Below, piece by piece: positions 24,265 to 36,760 of a stretch of 64,000 nucleotides of DNA (the stretch's first letter is position 1; every line of letters begins with the position of its first letter). The stretch covers positions 2,170,001 to 2,234,000 of the forward strand of contig NC_086097.1 of the NCBI RefSeq assembly GCF_963921235.1, given 5' to 3'. The position numbers and the translations under genes are program-made. The notes under the pieces are model-generated. The model searched no databases. It was given only the letters and a program-made list of their open reading frames with translations, and was not told the DNA's origin. The DNA is from Mobula hypostoma (lineage: Eukaryota).

Positions 24265-24880
24265 AAGACCATAAGACATAGAAACAGAATAAAGCAATTC
24301 AGCCCATCATATCTGCTCCACCATTCTATCATGGCTGATTAATTATCCTTCTCAACCCCTATCTCCTGCCTTCTCCCTGTATCCTTTGATGCCCTGACTA
24401 ATCAAGAACCTGTAGACCTCTGCTTTAAAAATACCCAATAACTTGGCTTCCACAGCCTTCTGCGACAACAAATTCTAGATTCACCACCCTCTGGCTAAAG
24501 AAATTCCTCCTAATCTCTGTTCTAAATGGATATCGCTCTATTCTGAGGCTGTGCCCTTTTGTCCGAAACTCACCCACTATTGGAAACATCCTCTCCACAT
24601 TCATTCTATCTCAGCCTTTCAATATTCAATAGGTTTCAATGAGATCACCCTTCATTCTTCTGAACTCCAGCAAGTACAGGGTCACAGCCATCAACCAATC
24701 CTCATACGTTAACCCTTTCAATCACGGGATCATTCTTGTGAACCTCCTCTGGACCCTCTCCAATGCCAGTACATCTTTTCTTAGATAAGGGGCCCAAAAC
24801 TGGTCACAATACTCCAATGACTCATAAAGCCCCAGCATCACATCTTTGCTTTTATATTCCAGTCCTCTCAAAATGAATTC
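24265..24880 (-). mobile_element. CR1-clade LINE 3' fragment
   Basis: RGLEYKSKDVML...FWAPYLRKDVLALERVQRRFTRMIP. Confidence 0.9.
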
Positions 24881-25564
24881 TCTCTCCCTTGGTACACTTT
24901 TGCTCTTAATATATTTATGGAACATTGATATGCTCTTGATGAGTCAGGAGAGAGGCAGGAGAATGGGGTTGAGGTATAATAAATCAGCCATGATGGAATG
25001 GTGGAGCAGACCCAATGGGCTGAATGGCCTAATTTTGCTGCTATGTCTTATGGTCCTATGGAGCTGTGCAGGCAGCTTCTCTAACAGCTCCCAGATGCTG
25101 CCCTCACAACTCCACAATGAACAGTGACAAGGTGACGTACAAGAGCCAGATAGATCAGCCAGCTGAGTGCTGTCACAGCAACAACTTTGCTCTCAATGTC
25201 AGTAAGACCAAAGAGCTTGATTGTGGACTTCAGGAAGGGTAAGACGAGGGAACTCACACTAGTCCTCATTGGAGATCAGCAATGGAAAGTGTGATCAATT
25301 TCAAGTTCCTGGGTGTCTACATCTCTGAGGTTCTATCCCAGGGCCCAATATATTGATGCAGCTACAAAGAAGGCACGCCAGCAGCTAGATTTCATTAGAA
25401 GTTTGAGGAAATTTACTATGCCACCAGAGACACTCGCATATTTCTATAGGTGCACTGTGGGGAGCATTCTAACTGGCTGGATCGCTGTCTGGTACGGGGT
25501 GGGGGGGTGGGAGGCTACTGCATAGGATCAAAATAAGCTGCAGAATGTTGTAAACTTAGTCATC

Positions 25565-26088
25565 CTAATGACTAAGAGGATGTTCTACGAGTCTGTGGTG
25601 GCCAGTGCGATCATGTTTGCTGTTGTGTGCTGGGGCAGCAGGCTGAGGGTGGCAGACACCAACAGAATCAACAAACTCATTCGTAAGGCCAGTGATGTTG
25701 TGGGGATGGAACTGGACTCTCTGACGGTGGTGTCTGAAAAGAGGATGCTGTCTAAGTTGCATGCCATCTTGGACAATGTCTCCCATCCACTACATAATGT
25801 ACTGGTTGGGCACAGGGGTACATTCAGCCAGAGACTCATTCCACCGAGATGCAACACAGAGCGTCATAGGAAGTCATTCCTGCCTGTGGCCATCAAACTT
25901 TACAACTCCTCCCTTGGAGGGTCAGACACCCTGAGCCAATAGGCTGGTCCTGGACTTATTTCCTGGCATAATTTACATATTACTATTTAACTATTTATGG
26001 TTTTATTACTATTTAATTATTTATGGTACAACTGTAACAAAAACCAATTTCCCCCGGGATCAATAAAGTATGACTATGACTATGACTA
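25565..26088 (+). mobile_element. Young Rex1/Babar-like LINE 3' fragment nested in an older Rex1/Babar copy (about 25050-26490)
   Basis: ORF 25568-25942 (MFYESVVASAIMFAVVCWG...). AATAAA plus (TATGAC)3 tail. The host element resumes at TCATCATGGGCACTAGCC. Confidence 0.88.
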
Positions 26089-26682
26089 TCTTCATCATGG
26101 GCACTAGCCTCTGTAGCCTCCAGGGCATCTTCAAGGAACAATGCCTCAGAAAGGCGGCAGCCATCGTTAAGGACCCCCACCATGCAGGTCGTGCCCTCTT
26201 CTCATTGCTACCTCCGGGGAGGAGGTACAGGAGCCTGCAGGCACACACTCAACACGTCAGGAACAGCTTCTTCCTCTCTGTCATCAGATTTCTGCACGGA
26301 TAATGACACCATGAGTACTACCAGACTATTTTTCTCTCTGTGTGCTTTTTACTTTAACCTTTTTTATACCCACACACACACACACACTTCTTACTGTAAT
26401 TTATAGTTTTTTATCCTATGTATTGTGATGTACTGTTGCCACAACAATAACTTTCACAACACGTGTCAGTGATATTGACCTGGAATCTGACTACTATGCT
26501 GCCCATATTCCAATCCCTTTCTTCCTTGTGCATCCCTAATGTGAGCCTGAAACTTGCTCCCAACGGACAGGAAAATTTTCCCGCTGCCTCAGAAAAGTTA
26601 GCCAACCTCTGAGAGGAGCAGCGATGCCTCAGTGCCCAGGCTTAGGGTGGGATCTGTCCCGAGGACTGAGTAAGCAGCTTAC

Positions 26683-26845
26683 CTGGGAATGCGTTGATGT
26701 CAATGACCGCGTGCTGGCCGGTCTGGTTATTAATGATTACGTCAATGCCAAAGAGGGAAATTCCAAGAGCTTCACGCAGGTTCCTGGATATTTTCCTGAT
26801 GACTTCGTCACTCGGGGGCCTGCAGACACCTTCCACCATGTCCAG
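26683..26845 (-). CDS. ITPK1: ITPK1 coding exon (163 nt)
   Basis: Acceptor ctttctgtAG, donor GTAAGC. Translates LDMVEGVCRPPSDEVIRKISRNLREALGISLFGIDVIINNQTGQHAVIDINAFP(G), with the metal-binding GID and IDIN motifs. Confidence 0.97.
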
Positions 26846-27574
26846 CTACAGAAAGCACAAACACTAGTCAGCAACAGAATGAAAGCACACGGCTAATCTC
26901 CATAGCTCCATGGAAACAAAGAAGGGTTCTGCATGGTATGGGCCCTTCAGCTCACAATCCTGTGTATTCCACAACCCGTAACCCACCAGTTTTCTATCAT
27001 CCATGTGTCTGTCTAAGAATCTCTTAAAAATCCCTAATATACCTGTCTCTCCCCACCACACCCAGCACTGTGTATCAGGGACTCATCAGTCTCTGTATCC
27101 AATAGCACAGCGCTATTATAAAGAATAGTTTCCTATGTGGGAGACACATGCTTCCATTGAGTTAACAACATTACAACAAAAATATGTCATAAATATCTGT
27201 AGATCAAACAATACAGTAAAATGCAGCGCTTGTTTTAGAACATGGGAACATTAACTGCCGATGGTGATTACAGTGAGCTGTGCATTTAATTTATTTTTTA
27301 CATGGCTTTGTCCAATATGTGATGCTTTTGATTTCCCACAGCTAAGATGTACACGAGAAATAGACGACTCAGCATCTTTTGAAAAAGTTTCAAAGCTCTT
27401 TGCCAACCACCTGATTGAATGCCATTGAAGGAGGACGATAGATTGATCAGTGCCAATGGCTTCCCGCGCAATACAGCGCACTTAGAATGAGAACGGTTAT
27501 CACCTTCAAAAGGTCAGCTAAAAACCGCCACGTCTTTCAAAGGAGAATTCTGTGTTACCCTATAGACCCTTGAG

Positions 27575-28815
27575 GGGAAATCTTGCCTGACAAATCTGTT
27601 GGAATTCCTTGAGGAAATAACAGGCAGAATAGACAAAGGAGAGTCAGTGGATGTTGTTTACCAGGACTTCCAGAAGGCCTGTGACAAGCTGCCACATATG
27701 AGGCGGTTTAACAAGAGCCCACTAATACAGAACAGATCCCAGCTTGCAGAGAAGACTGTCTGAATGGCAGGAGGCAAAGAGGGAATAAAGGGAGCCTATT
27801 CTGGTTGGCTGCTGGTGACTGGTGGTGTCCCACAGAAGCCAGTTTGGGATCCCTCCTGTCTGCATTATATGTCAATGATTTGGATGATGGAATTGATGGC
27901 TTTGTAGCCAAGTTTGTGGACGATGTGAGATAGGTGGAAGAACAGGTAGTACTGAGGAAGCAAGGAGTCTACAGAAGGATTAGACAGATTGGGAAAATAG
28001 GCAAAGAAGTGGCAGATAAAATATAGTGTAGGCAAGGGTATGGTCATGCACTTTGGTAGTGGGAATAAAGGCATCGACTACTTTCTCAATGGGGAGAAAA
28101 TTCAAAGGTCAGAGACGCAAAGGGAGTTGGGAGTCTTTGTGCAGGGTTCCCTAAAGGTTAACTTGCTGGTTGAGTAGATGGTAAGGAAGGCAAATGCAAT
28201 TTTAGCATTCATTCCGAGAGGACTAGAATACAAGAGCAAGGATGTGATGCTGAGGCTTTATAAGGCACTGGTCAGACTGCACGGTGTACTGTGAGCAATT
28301 CTGAGCCCCTTATCTAAGAAAAGATGTGCTGGCATTGGAGAGGATCCAGAGGAGATTCACAAAAATGATTCTAGGAATGAAAGGGTTAATGTACGAGGAG
28401 CACCTGATGGCTTTGGGTCTGTGCTTGCTGGAGCTTAGAAGAACGAGAGAGAATCTCAGTGAAGTCTATCGAATATTGAAGGGATTAAATAGAGTAGATG
28501 TGTAGAGGATGTTTCCAATAGTGAGTGGGTCTAGGACCAGAGGGAACACCCTCAGAATTCAGAGAGATGTCCCTGTAGAACAGAGATGAGGGAGAATTTC
28601 TTTAGCCAGACAGTGGTAAATCTGTGGAATTCATTGTCAGATACGGCTGTCGAAGCAAAGTCATTGCATATAATTAAGACAAGGTCGATAGGTTCTTGAT
28701 TAGACAGGGTGTCAAAGGTTACGGGGAGAAGGGATAATAAATCAACCATGATGGAATGGTACATCAAGCTTGAGGGCCAGATGGCCTAATTCTTCTCCCA
28801 TTTCTTATGGACCAT
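27575..28815 (+). mobile_element. Degenerate CR1-clade LINE fragment
   Basis: Collinear with the other CR1 copies from the RT region to the 3' UTR; many stops and frameshifts. Confidence 0.9.
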
Positions 28816-30453
28816 GGTGAGGTCTTAGCATCTAACAGCAGGAATAATATCTGGACAGGCTTCTCGAAAGCAGCAAAAGAGAAAACAGTACAAAAAAAAC
28901 TTTTCACCAGTTTCAAATGACTAGTTCTGGAGAAGATTAATGGCCAACAGTCTGTCATCCTGACTCAGGACTATCAATCTAACTAAAGGTCTTCAAGGGC
29001 CCAATGTTGGCAACAATCAGCTACAGAGCGGCGCAGGTTGGATAGGCCCATTAGTGACTGGAATATGCGACAGCTGCCTGACCTAGACCTAGAAACCATG
29101 TTTATCTGGCAAATTTTAAATGCCACTGGGTACGTGCTACTCATGAACATACGATACAGTACAAGAACAGGCCCTTTGGCTCATAAAATAGATGCACCAT
29201 AACTTCCTAACCTTTGAACTCAGTGCCTTGACTAACAAAGGTGATCATGCCATATAGTCATAGTCATACTTTATTGATCCCGGGGGAAATTGGTTAAATG
29301 CCTTCTCAACCCCCTATCAACCTGTGCAGTCACTTTCATGGAGCTCTCAATATCCCTGTTTATCAACACTGTTAAGGGTCTTGCCTTAACAATGAATGCA
29401 CTGTCTCTTTACCTTTAACCTGCCAAGCTGCAACACCTCTCATCTGGCTGGGTTAAAGTCCAGCGGCCATTTCTTTGCCCATATCTGCAAATGATCTTTA
29501 TCCCGATGTACTCTTTATCAGCCTTCCTCACTATCTATAGCACCACCAATCTTCATATCACTGCAAACTTACTAACCCACCCATCTCCGTTTTCATCCAG
29601 GTCATTTATATACACCACAAACAGCAGAGGTCCCAGTACAGATGCCTGCAGAACACCAGTAATCACAGACCTCCAGCCGTTCGACCACCACCCTCTGTCT
29701 TCTACAGGAAGCCAGTTCTGAATCCACATGGGCAATTCACCATGGATCCCATGCATCTTAACCTTCTTGAGCCTCCCATGAAGAACAATGTCAAACATCA
29801 AGAAAGGCACTAAAGCAAGGCCCACAGCCAATTCCCCACTGGCATATAGACACAGGTGTATCCAGCAGCTGTCTGGATCTATCACCCACAAGGCTAATCC
29901 TCGTAAGGGAAGCTCCCCGACAACACAGGCCATTCAACAGCAAGTGCAAGGCCAGCTGACGTGATATGCTTCTGGGCACTGGATCTGAAACCATCTGCGG
30001 GAAGAAGTAGAGTAGGGTGGACAGAGAGTACATCGTCCTTGGGTGCTGTCTAGTGGAGTTTGCACTTCCTTCCTGTCACCATACGGGCTGTTAATTGGCA
30101 GATGAATTGGGCACTGCATATTTATCTCGAGACTGTTAAAATCAGAAGGGAATTAAGGAGGATGTGGGGAGATAAAGTGGGGTTAATGGAGGATGAGTGT
30201 TAATAGGTGACTGAGGGATTTCACCGATGAAGGGCCTCTTCCTCTGAGTCAGAGGTATATCTGCCTCTGACTTTAGCCCTCAGCACTGGCTTTGGAATCC
30301 TGTCTCATGGATGAAAGAAAACATGGAGGCCTACGTGGGAGAGAGTTAGATTGATCTTGGGGTAGGTTAAAGGGTCAGCACAACATTGTGGGCCAAAGGG
30401 CCTGTACTGCACTGTTATGTTCTATGTTTTATGTTCATTAGGTCTTCCACAAA

Positions 30454-31629
30454 GCAACACTCACAACACGCTGGAGGAACTCAGCAGGTCGGGCAGCATC
30501 CGTGGAAACGACCAGTCGACGTTTCGGGCTGGAACCCTTCGTCAGGACTGTAGAGGGAAGGGGCAGAGGCCCTATAAAGAAGGTGGGGGGAGGGTGGGAA
30601 GGAGAAGGCTGGTAGGTTCCAGGTGAAAAACCAGTAAGGGGAAAGATAAAGAGGTAGGAGAAGGGAGGCAGGGAGCTGGTAGGCAGGAAAGGTGAAGAAG
30701 GAATAGGGGAAAACACAATGGGTAATAGAAGGAGGCGGAACCATGAGGGAGGTGGTCGGCAGCTGGGGGAGGGGGCAGAGTGAAATAGGGATAGGGGAAG
30801 GGAGGGGGAGGGAATTACCGGAAGTTGGAGAATTCTACGTTCATAGAAGCTGGAGACTACCTGGACGGTATATGAGGTGTTGCTCCTCCAACCTGAGTTT
30901 GGCCTCATCATGGCAGTAGAGGAGGCCATGTATGGACATATCTGAATGGGAATGGGAAGCTGAGTTGAAGTGGGTGGCTACCGGGAGATCCTGACTGTTG
31001 TGGTGGATGGAGTGGAGGTGCTCGACGAAGCGGTCCCCCAATCTGTGTCGGGTTTCACCGATGTAGAGGAGGCCGCACCGGGAGCACCGGATGCAATAGA
31101 TGATCCCAACAGACTCACAAGTGAAGTGTTGCCTCACCTGGAAGGACTGTTTGGGGCCCTGATTGGTGGCAAGAGCGGAGGTGTAGGGACAGGTGTAGCA
31201 CTTGCACTTACAGGGATAAGTGCCGGGTGGGAGATCCGTGGGGAGGGACGTGCGGATAAGTGAGTCGCGGAGGGACCGATCCCTGCGGAAAGCGGAGAGG
31301 GGTGGAGAGGGAAAGATGTGCTTAGTGGTGGGGTCCTGTTGAAGGTGGCGGAAGTTGCGGAGGATAATGTGCTGGATCCGGAGGCTGGTGGGGTGGTAGG
31401 TGAGGACAAGGGGAACTCTGTCCCTGTTGTGGTGGCGGGAGGATGGGGTGAGGGCCGAAGTGCGGGAAATGGAGGAGATGCGGGTGAGGGCATCATTGAT
31501 CACCGTAGAAGGGAAACCACGATCTTTAAAGAAAGAGGATATTTGAGATGTCCTGGAACAGAAAGCCTCATTCTCGGAGCAGATGCAGAGGAGACGGAGG
31601 AACTGGGAATAGGGAATGGCATTTCTGCA
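30454..31629 (-). mobile_element. 5'-truncated Penelope-like retroelement (RT C-terminus, GIY-YIG endonuclease, 3' repeat with hammerhead motif)
   Basis: ORF 31632-30841 contains AIPYSQFLRL and GIIYCIRCSRCGLLYIGETRHRLGDRFVEH (GIY-YIG). Followed by a pyrimidine-rich tail and a hammerhead motif at 30513-30550. Confidence 0.92.
30513..30550 (-). ncRNA. Minimal type I hammerhead ribozyme motif (Penelope-associated)
   Basis: Minus strand CAGTC-CTGACGA-A-GGG-TTCCAG-CCC-GAAAC-GTC-GACTG. Has 5-bp stem I, CUGANGA and GAAA cores, 3-bp stem II, palindromic ACGU in place of stem III, and a GUC cleavage triplet. Confidence 0.8.
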
Positions 31630-32076
31630 CATGCCCCAGCATTCTGCACTTCTCTCACTTCACAAGACTTTGCCAGTGCAGAAACATCATTAGGGTTAAA
31701 CCTATCCACATAGATGGTCTTTCACAAATTTGATGTAAGAGATCAAACCCCACAGGCAATCTTTGAAAGAATGCACATTTTTATCCTCATGGACTGTAAG
31801 CTCCATTCTAAGTACTTCAAAATCTCGCCAAAGGGCCGGATGCTTATAGCCAACTTTCTTTCACGGCCTACCACTGAAAATTCACATGACACAAGCACAC
31901 AGAGGTCCTGACAGCAACACCCAAAACTTCCATTAGCCACTCCACTTGTGAGCTTCGAAGTACAAATTATACAACCCTGAGATTCGTCTACTTACAGGCA
32001 GCCGTAAAAACAAGGAAGTTTATTAATTAGGTGGGGTTAGCCATGGAAAAGGAACAAACCACCCAGTTTATCCTAT

Positions 32077-32242
32077 GCAACACACATCAAAGTTGCTGGT
32101 GAACGCAGCAGGCCAGGCAGCATCTCTAGGAAGAGGTACAGTTGACATTTCGGGCCGAGATGCTGCCTAGCCTGCTGCATTCACCAGCAACTTTTATGTG
32201 TGTTGTTTGAAATTCCAGCATCTGCAGATTTCCTCGGGTTTG
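32077..32242. mobile_element. Palindromic Penelope-derived insertion
   Basis: Inverted arms; TSD CAGTTTATCCT (32064-32074, 32243-32253). Confidence 0.85.
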
Positions 32243-32650
32243 CAGTTTATCCTGTTTATTTGTTTATTTAGAGATACAGTATGGAACAGGTCTTTCTGGC
32301 CCACCAAGCCAAACTGCCCAGCAAACCTCCAATTTAACCCCAGCTTAATCACAGCACAATTTGTATTGACCAATTAACCTACTAACCAGCATGTCTTTGG
32401 ACTGTGGGAGCAAACTGGAGCACCTGGAGGAAACCCACGCAGTCACGGGGAGGATGTGCCATCTCTTTACTAGATACACTGGAATGGGACTGCGAACTCT
32501 GGAATTCCCTGAGCTGTAACAGTATTGCACTAACTGCTAAACACCAGTGGCACCCACAACCCTTCCCTACACACTGACGTGCTTTCTTACAGCAGAGCTC
32601 ACGAACACACGAGCTGAAAAGAAAAAGTTTTATCAGAAGTAACAACTTAC

Positions 32651-32718
32651 TGCTGTTAAATCAGATGAAGACTCTGGTTTTGACACGTTGTGGCTGTTGA
32701 AGAATATTGTTTTTCTGT
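32651..32718 (-). CDS. ITPK1: ITPK1 coding exon (68 nt)
   Basis: Acceptor gattacAG, donor GTAAGT. Translates (D)RKTIFFNSHNVSKPESSSDLTA, versus human DRESIFFNSHNVSKPESSSVLTE. Confidence 0.96.
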
Positions 32719-33637
32719 CTGTAATCAATGGAAATTTGACAAAATGTAAGTTAATTACCTGCACAAAGTTATCCATATATCTATGAACAAATTGGGTCTG
32801 CAACAGACTTCAGGGCACCTAAAGTATTCACTGCCAAAGGTTAAATACCAAGCAAGGATCAATTACTCCTGTTCAATCTCTTACTTTGGTGGAGTGGTTG
32901 CCACGGTAGAAGCATCACTCCTGATACTTCTCAGCAAACAAATGGATCGGACTTTGTCTACAAAGGGGGATGCAGAACAGGTGTACATTCCTCCATTTGA
33001 TAATCAGGGAAAGGAGACAACAGAATTCAAAATTGCATCTAAAACACAGCCCTCAATTCATGGCCTATAGGATCAGCCATTGAATTAATTCAGTCAGATT
33101 GCTAGCAAGCTGTAAACTCAGCTAGCTCCATCATGGGTACTAGCCTCCCCAAAATCGAGGACATCGTCACAAGGTGATGCCTTAAAAAGGCAGCATCCAT
33201 CATTAAAGACTCCCATCACCCAGGATGTGCCCTCTTCTCATTGTTATCCCAGGGTCCAGTGAGTGTTGGGAGTGTCACCCCCTCGGGAACTACCCCAGAG
33301 TATGTGCCCTCTTCTCATTGCTACCATCAGGGAGGAGGTACAGGAGCCTGAGTACACACACTCAACATTTCAGGAACAGCTTCTTCGCTCCACCATCAGA
33401 TTTCTGAATGGACAATCAACCCGTGAATACCACCTCACTGTTTTGTTCTTCCTTTGCTCTTTTTGCACTGGTATTAAATTTATTAAATATACGTTGTGTT
33501 ATTGTAATTTATAGGGTTTTAAAATGTACTGCTGCCACGGAACAACAAATTTCACGGTGTACATCGTGACACTAAAGCTGGTTCCGATTGTGAAGTGACA
33601 TCTGGTGTTAGCCCAGCAGGGTAACCCCACAACTAAC

Positions 33638-33803
33638 CTGAAACGCCAGAGGAGAAGTTCTTCAGTGATGGCCGCTCCACCACACTGTACGACTCGCCCA
33701 CAACAAACACTTTGTGCAGAACAGCATTGTGGTTTATAAAGCTCTGGATAACACACTGGGGTTTTATGTCTTTCAGACCATCCTCACTGAAAATTATCGC
33801 CAT
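33638..33803 (-). CDS. ITPK1: ITPK1 coding exon (166 nt)
   Basis: Acceptor tttttacAG, donor GTTAGT. Translates MAIIFSEDGLKDIKPQCVIQSFINHNAVLHKVFVVGESYSVVERPSLKNFSSGVS, including the ATP-grasp motifs Q-x-FINH and RPSL. Confidence 0.97.
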
Positions 33804-34861
33804 CTGTAAAAACAATTTGACTCTGTCATTAAGTACTACAATTACAGCCATTCCCTCATTCTTTCTCCAGGATCCATAGACACCTGATCCTTTTAACACA
33901 AGTAGTACAGTTATTGTGGAGCTGCAGTGGCCCGCATTCAATCCCAGCTTCAGCAGGTGCCTTTGTGGATGAGTACATTCTCTCTGTGCCTACACGAGTT
34001 TCTCCTCCAAGGCCCCTGTTTGATCTGACTGTTTTACTTGTTATTTTCTTTGCAGTTTAACAATTAATTTCCTGCTTGTATTCTAAGTAGTCTTTATATA
34101 CAAGTAACTGTTCAGTATGCTTCCTAGTGGTCACAACATGTATGTGCCATCATTTTGCTTCTAAATTCCTTTGCTTAGCAGGCCTCTATCACTGACTGTT
34201 TCAATTTTCCTTTGTTCTATTGATGCTAAATGAAACAACCATGAAGTATCAAGTTTTATGCCTCTTTTCTGATTGCTGAAAGAATCTTAGAATCATCAGA
34301 ACACAGCACCCCACATGCCCAGAACATGTAGGTTAGTTGGCCACTGTAACTTGCCCCTCCTGCAAGTTGGTACAGAACTGATTGGAATTTGGGGGAGTAA
34401 TTAGTAGTGGATTGATCTGTGAGCTAGCATAGTTTCAGTGGGCTGAAAGGCCTCCTCCTGTAAGGAAGTATGGAAAGATTTTCAGTTTTATTCAGTTCTT
34501 ACAAGCTTTATAGTACTAATCACCCCAACACCATTTCTGGATGTGCCCTATCTGCCCTCAGTGTTGGCAGTGATTGGCAATGCAGGTTTCTGCCTCAGGG
34601 CAGAAAGAACTTCCACTGCCATTCTCACCTGCAGTTTGACACAGCTCGAGCAGTCATGAATAAAGACAGGCTAGTGTTAGAGCGACAGGGAAGTACCCTG
34701 TGGTTGTTTCCACAAGCAGCACAGGCCCTTGGAAAGGGGGCCTGCTCTTCTTTTAGCACTGCCAAGGTGTTCCTCAGGGCCAAGAGAAGAGCTGACAGGA
34801 GGCTTGATTTAACGGTACCAGTTCTGATGATGCTATATTTCTGCGGACAGTCAGTCTAGAT

Positions 34862-34944
34862 AAAGGGTTCCCAAGCTGGGGTCGACTGGCCCTCTGCTTA
34901 ATGGTATTGGTCCATGGTATATAAAACAAAATTGGAAACCCATG
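34862..34944. mobile_element. Small hAT/Charlie-like MITE (related copy at about 15465-15550)
   Basis: GGGTTCCCAA...TTGGAAACCC ends, flanked by GTCTAGAT/ATCTAGAT, an NTCTAGAN target typical of Charlie-type hATs. Confidence 0.65.
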
Positions 34945-35149
34945 ATCTAGATTGAGTGTTCATGTCTCAGTGCTGGTCTCGGACCAGCACACAAAAGTCA
35001 GCATGGTACCATTGTTCAAAACCTATACACAAACTGTCAACAGTATAGTATGGAGGAGCTTCTGCACAGGATTGTAAAACATTGTAAACTCAGCCAGCTC
35101 GCTTACGGGCCTATATCACGTGTCCCCAGACAGACCCTTTACTCCCAGC

Positions 35150-35505
35150 TTAAATATTAAAGGTGGTCACTGAGGAAATGCTTCAAAGATGACATCAAAA
35201 TCTGCCTGAAGATATTCAAATATTACAGCTAAAAACTGGGAAAACACAGCACTCAATAGATAGACCTGGAAGAAATTTGTTCAAGAGGGAGATGTGCGAC
35301 ACGAGAACGACGTTCACAGTGCCACAGAGAACAAGCAACCACTGTGAAAGGAGAGACTGAACAATCAAAAGACCCGACCAGTCACCAGAGACACCACTTA
35401 CTCGTGTCCACACTGCACCAGAGTGTGTGGATCCCAGATCAGCCTGTACAGACACCCGAGGACCCATAAATAGACAACACCATAGAACATCATACTCAAC
35501 TCAAA
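35150..35505 (+). mobile_element. 3' end of a second RTE-like LINE family with a C2H2 finger
   Basis: Translates ...TYSCPHCTRVCGSQISLYRHPRTHK*, preceded by remnants reading FKDDIK and WENTALNR. Confidence 0.65.
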
Positions 35506-35964
35506 TAATAGATAGAAGTTCTAAAGTTCAAAGTAAATTTTATTATCAAAGTACATATATGTCAACCCTGAGATTAATTTTCCTGCAGGTATAATAAACC
35601 TATAGAGCAGTAGCTATAATAGGATCAATGAAAGATCTAGAATGCAGAAGACAACTGTGCAAATGCAAATATAAATAAATAGCAATAAATAATGAGAACC
35701 TGGGATAATGAGATAAAGAGTCCTTAAAGAGAGATCATTAGCTGTGGGAACATCTCAAAGGATGGGCAAGTGAGTGTAATTATCCCCTTTTGTTCAAGAG
35801 CCTGATGGTTGTGGGGTAGTAACTGTTCATGAACCTGGTGGTGCGAATCCCGATGCTCTTGTACTTTCTACCTGATGGCAGCAGTGACAAGAGAGCGTGT
35901 CCTGGGCAGAGGCAGAGGAACACAGTGTGCACTTACTCCCAATAATGGTTGGTGATGACACTTA

Positions 35965-36760
35965 TCAGCTCCTGCCCGAGAAGCAATGTGGATCTGCTCC
36001 AGTTTACTTACCGTCACAACAGATCAACAGCACGTGCCATTTCATTGGCTCTTCACTCCACTTCGGAACATCTGGACAGTGAAGATGCATACCACATTTC
36101 ATTGACTATAGCACGGCATTCAATACTATCATCCTCTTAAAAACTAATCAAGAAGGTTCAAGACCTCAATACCTCCTTGTGCAAGTGGATCCTTGATTTC
36201 CTCACTTGCAGACCCCAGTGAGATCAGATTGGTGACAACATCTCCTCCACAGTCCTCCATCACCACAGCTGCACCATAAGGCTATGTGCTTAGCCCCCTG
36301 TTCTAATCGCTTTACACTTATGATGAGTGGCTAAGCACAGCTCCAATTCCATATTTAAATTTGCTGATGACACCACTGCTGTAGGCCGAATCAAAGGTGG
36401 TGATGAATCAGCATATGAGAGAAGATTGAAAGAAGGAACAAGCGTCTCAGGACCTAAACCACCAGGTTCAGAAACAGTTATTACTCCTCAACCATCAGGC
36501 TCTTGAACAGAGGGATAACTTCACTCAGTTTCACTCACCCCATAACTGAACTCTCCCCACAACCCATGGAGTCACTTTCAAGAACTCTTCATCTCATATT
36601 TTTAATATCTATTATTTCTTTTTTCTTTTTATTTTTGCAATTGCACAGTTTGTTGTATTTTGCACATTGATTGTCAGCTCTGTTGTTGTGGGCTTTTATT
36701 GATTGGATTCTGTTTCTTGTATTTACTGTGAATGCCCACAAGAAAACAAACCTCGGTTTA
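35965..36760 (+). mobile_element. Degenerate Rex1/Babar-like fragments (others at about 33090-33590 +, 38220-38535 -, 40060-40640 +, 50950-51345 -, 58500-58940 -)
   Basis: DLLQFTYRHNRST and FKFADDT motifs here; the HP...LFSLLPSGRRYRSL C-terminal motif in the other copies. Confidence 0.75.

Noticed and set aside
30438..30929. Pro/Ser-rich ORFs here and at 50014-50422 and 56075-56440
   Set aside because: Translations of the pyrimidine-rich Penelope tail.
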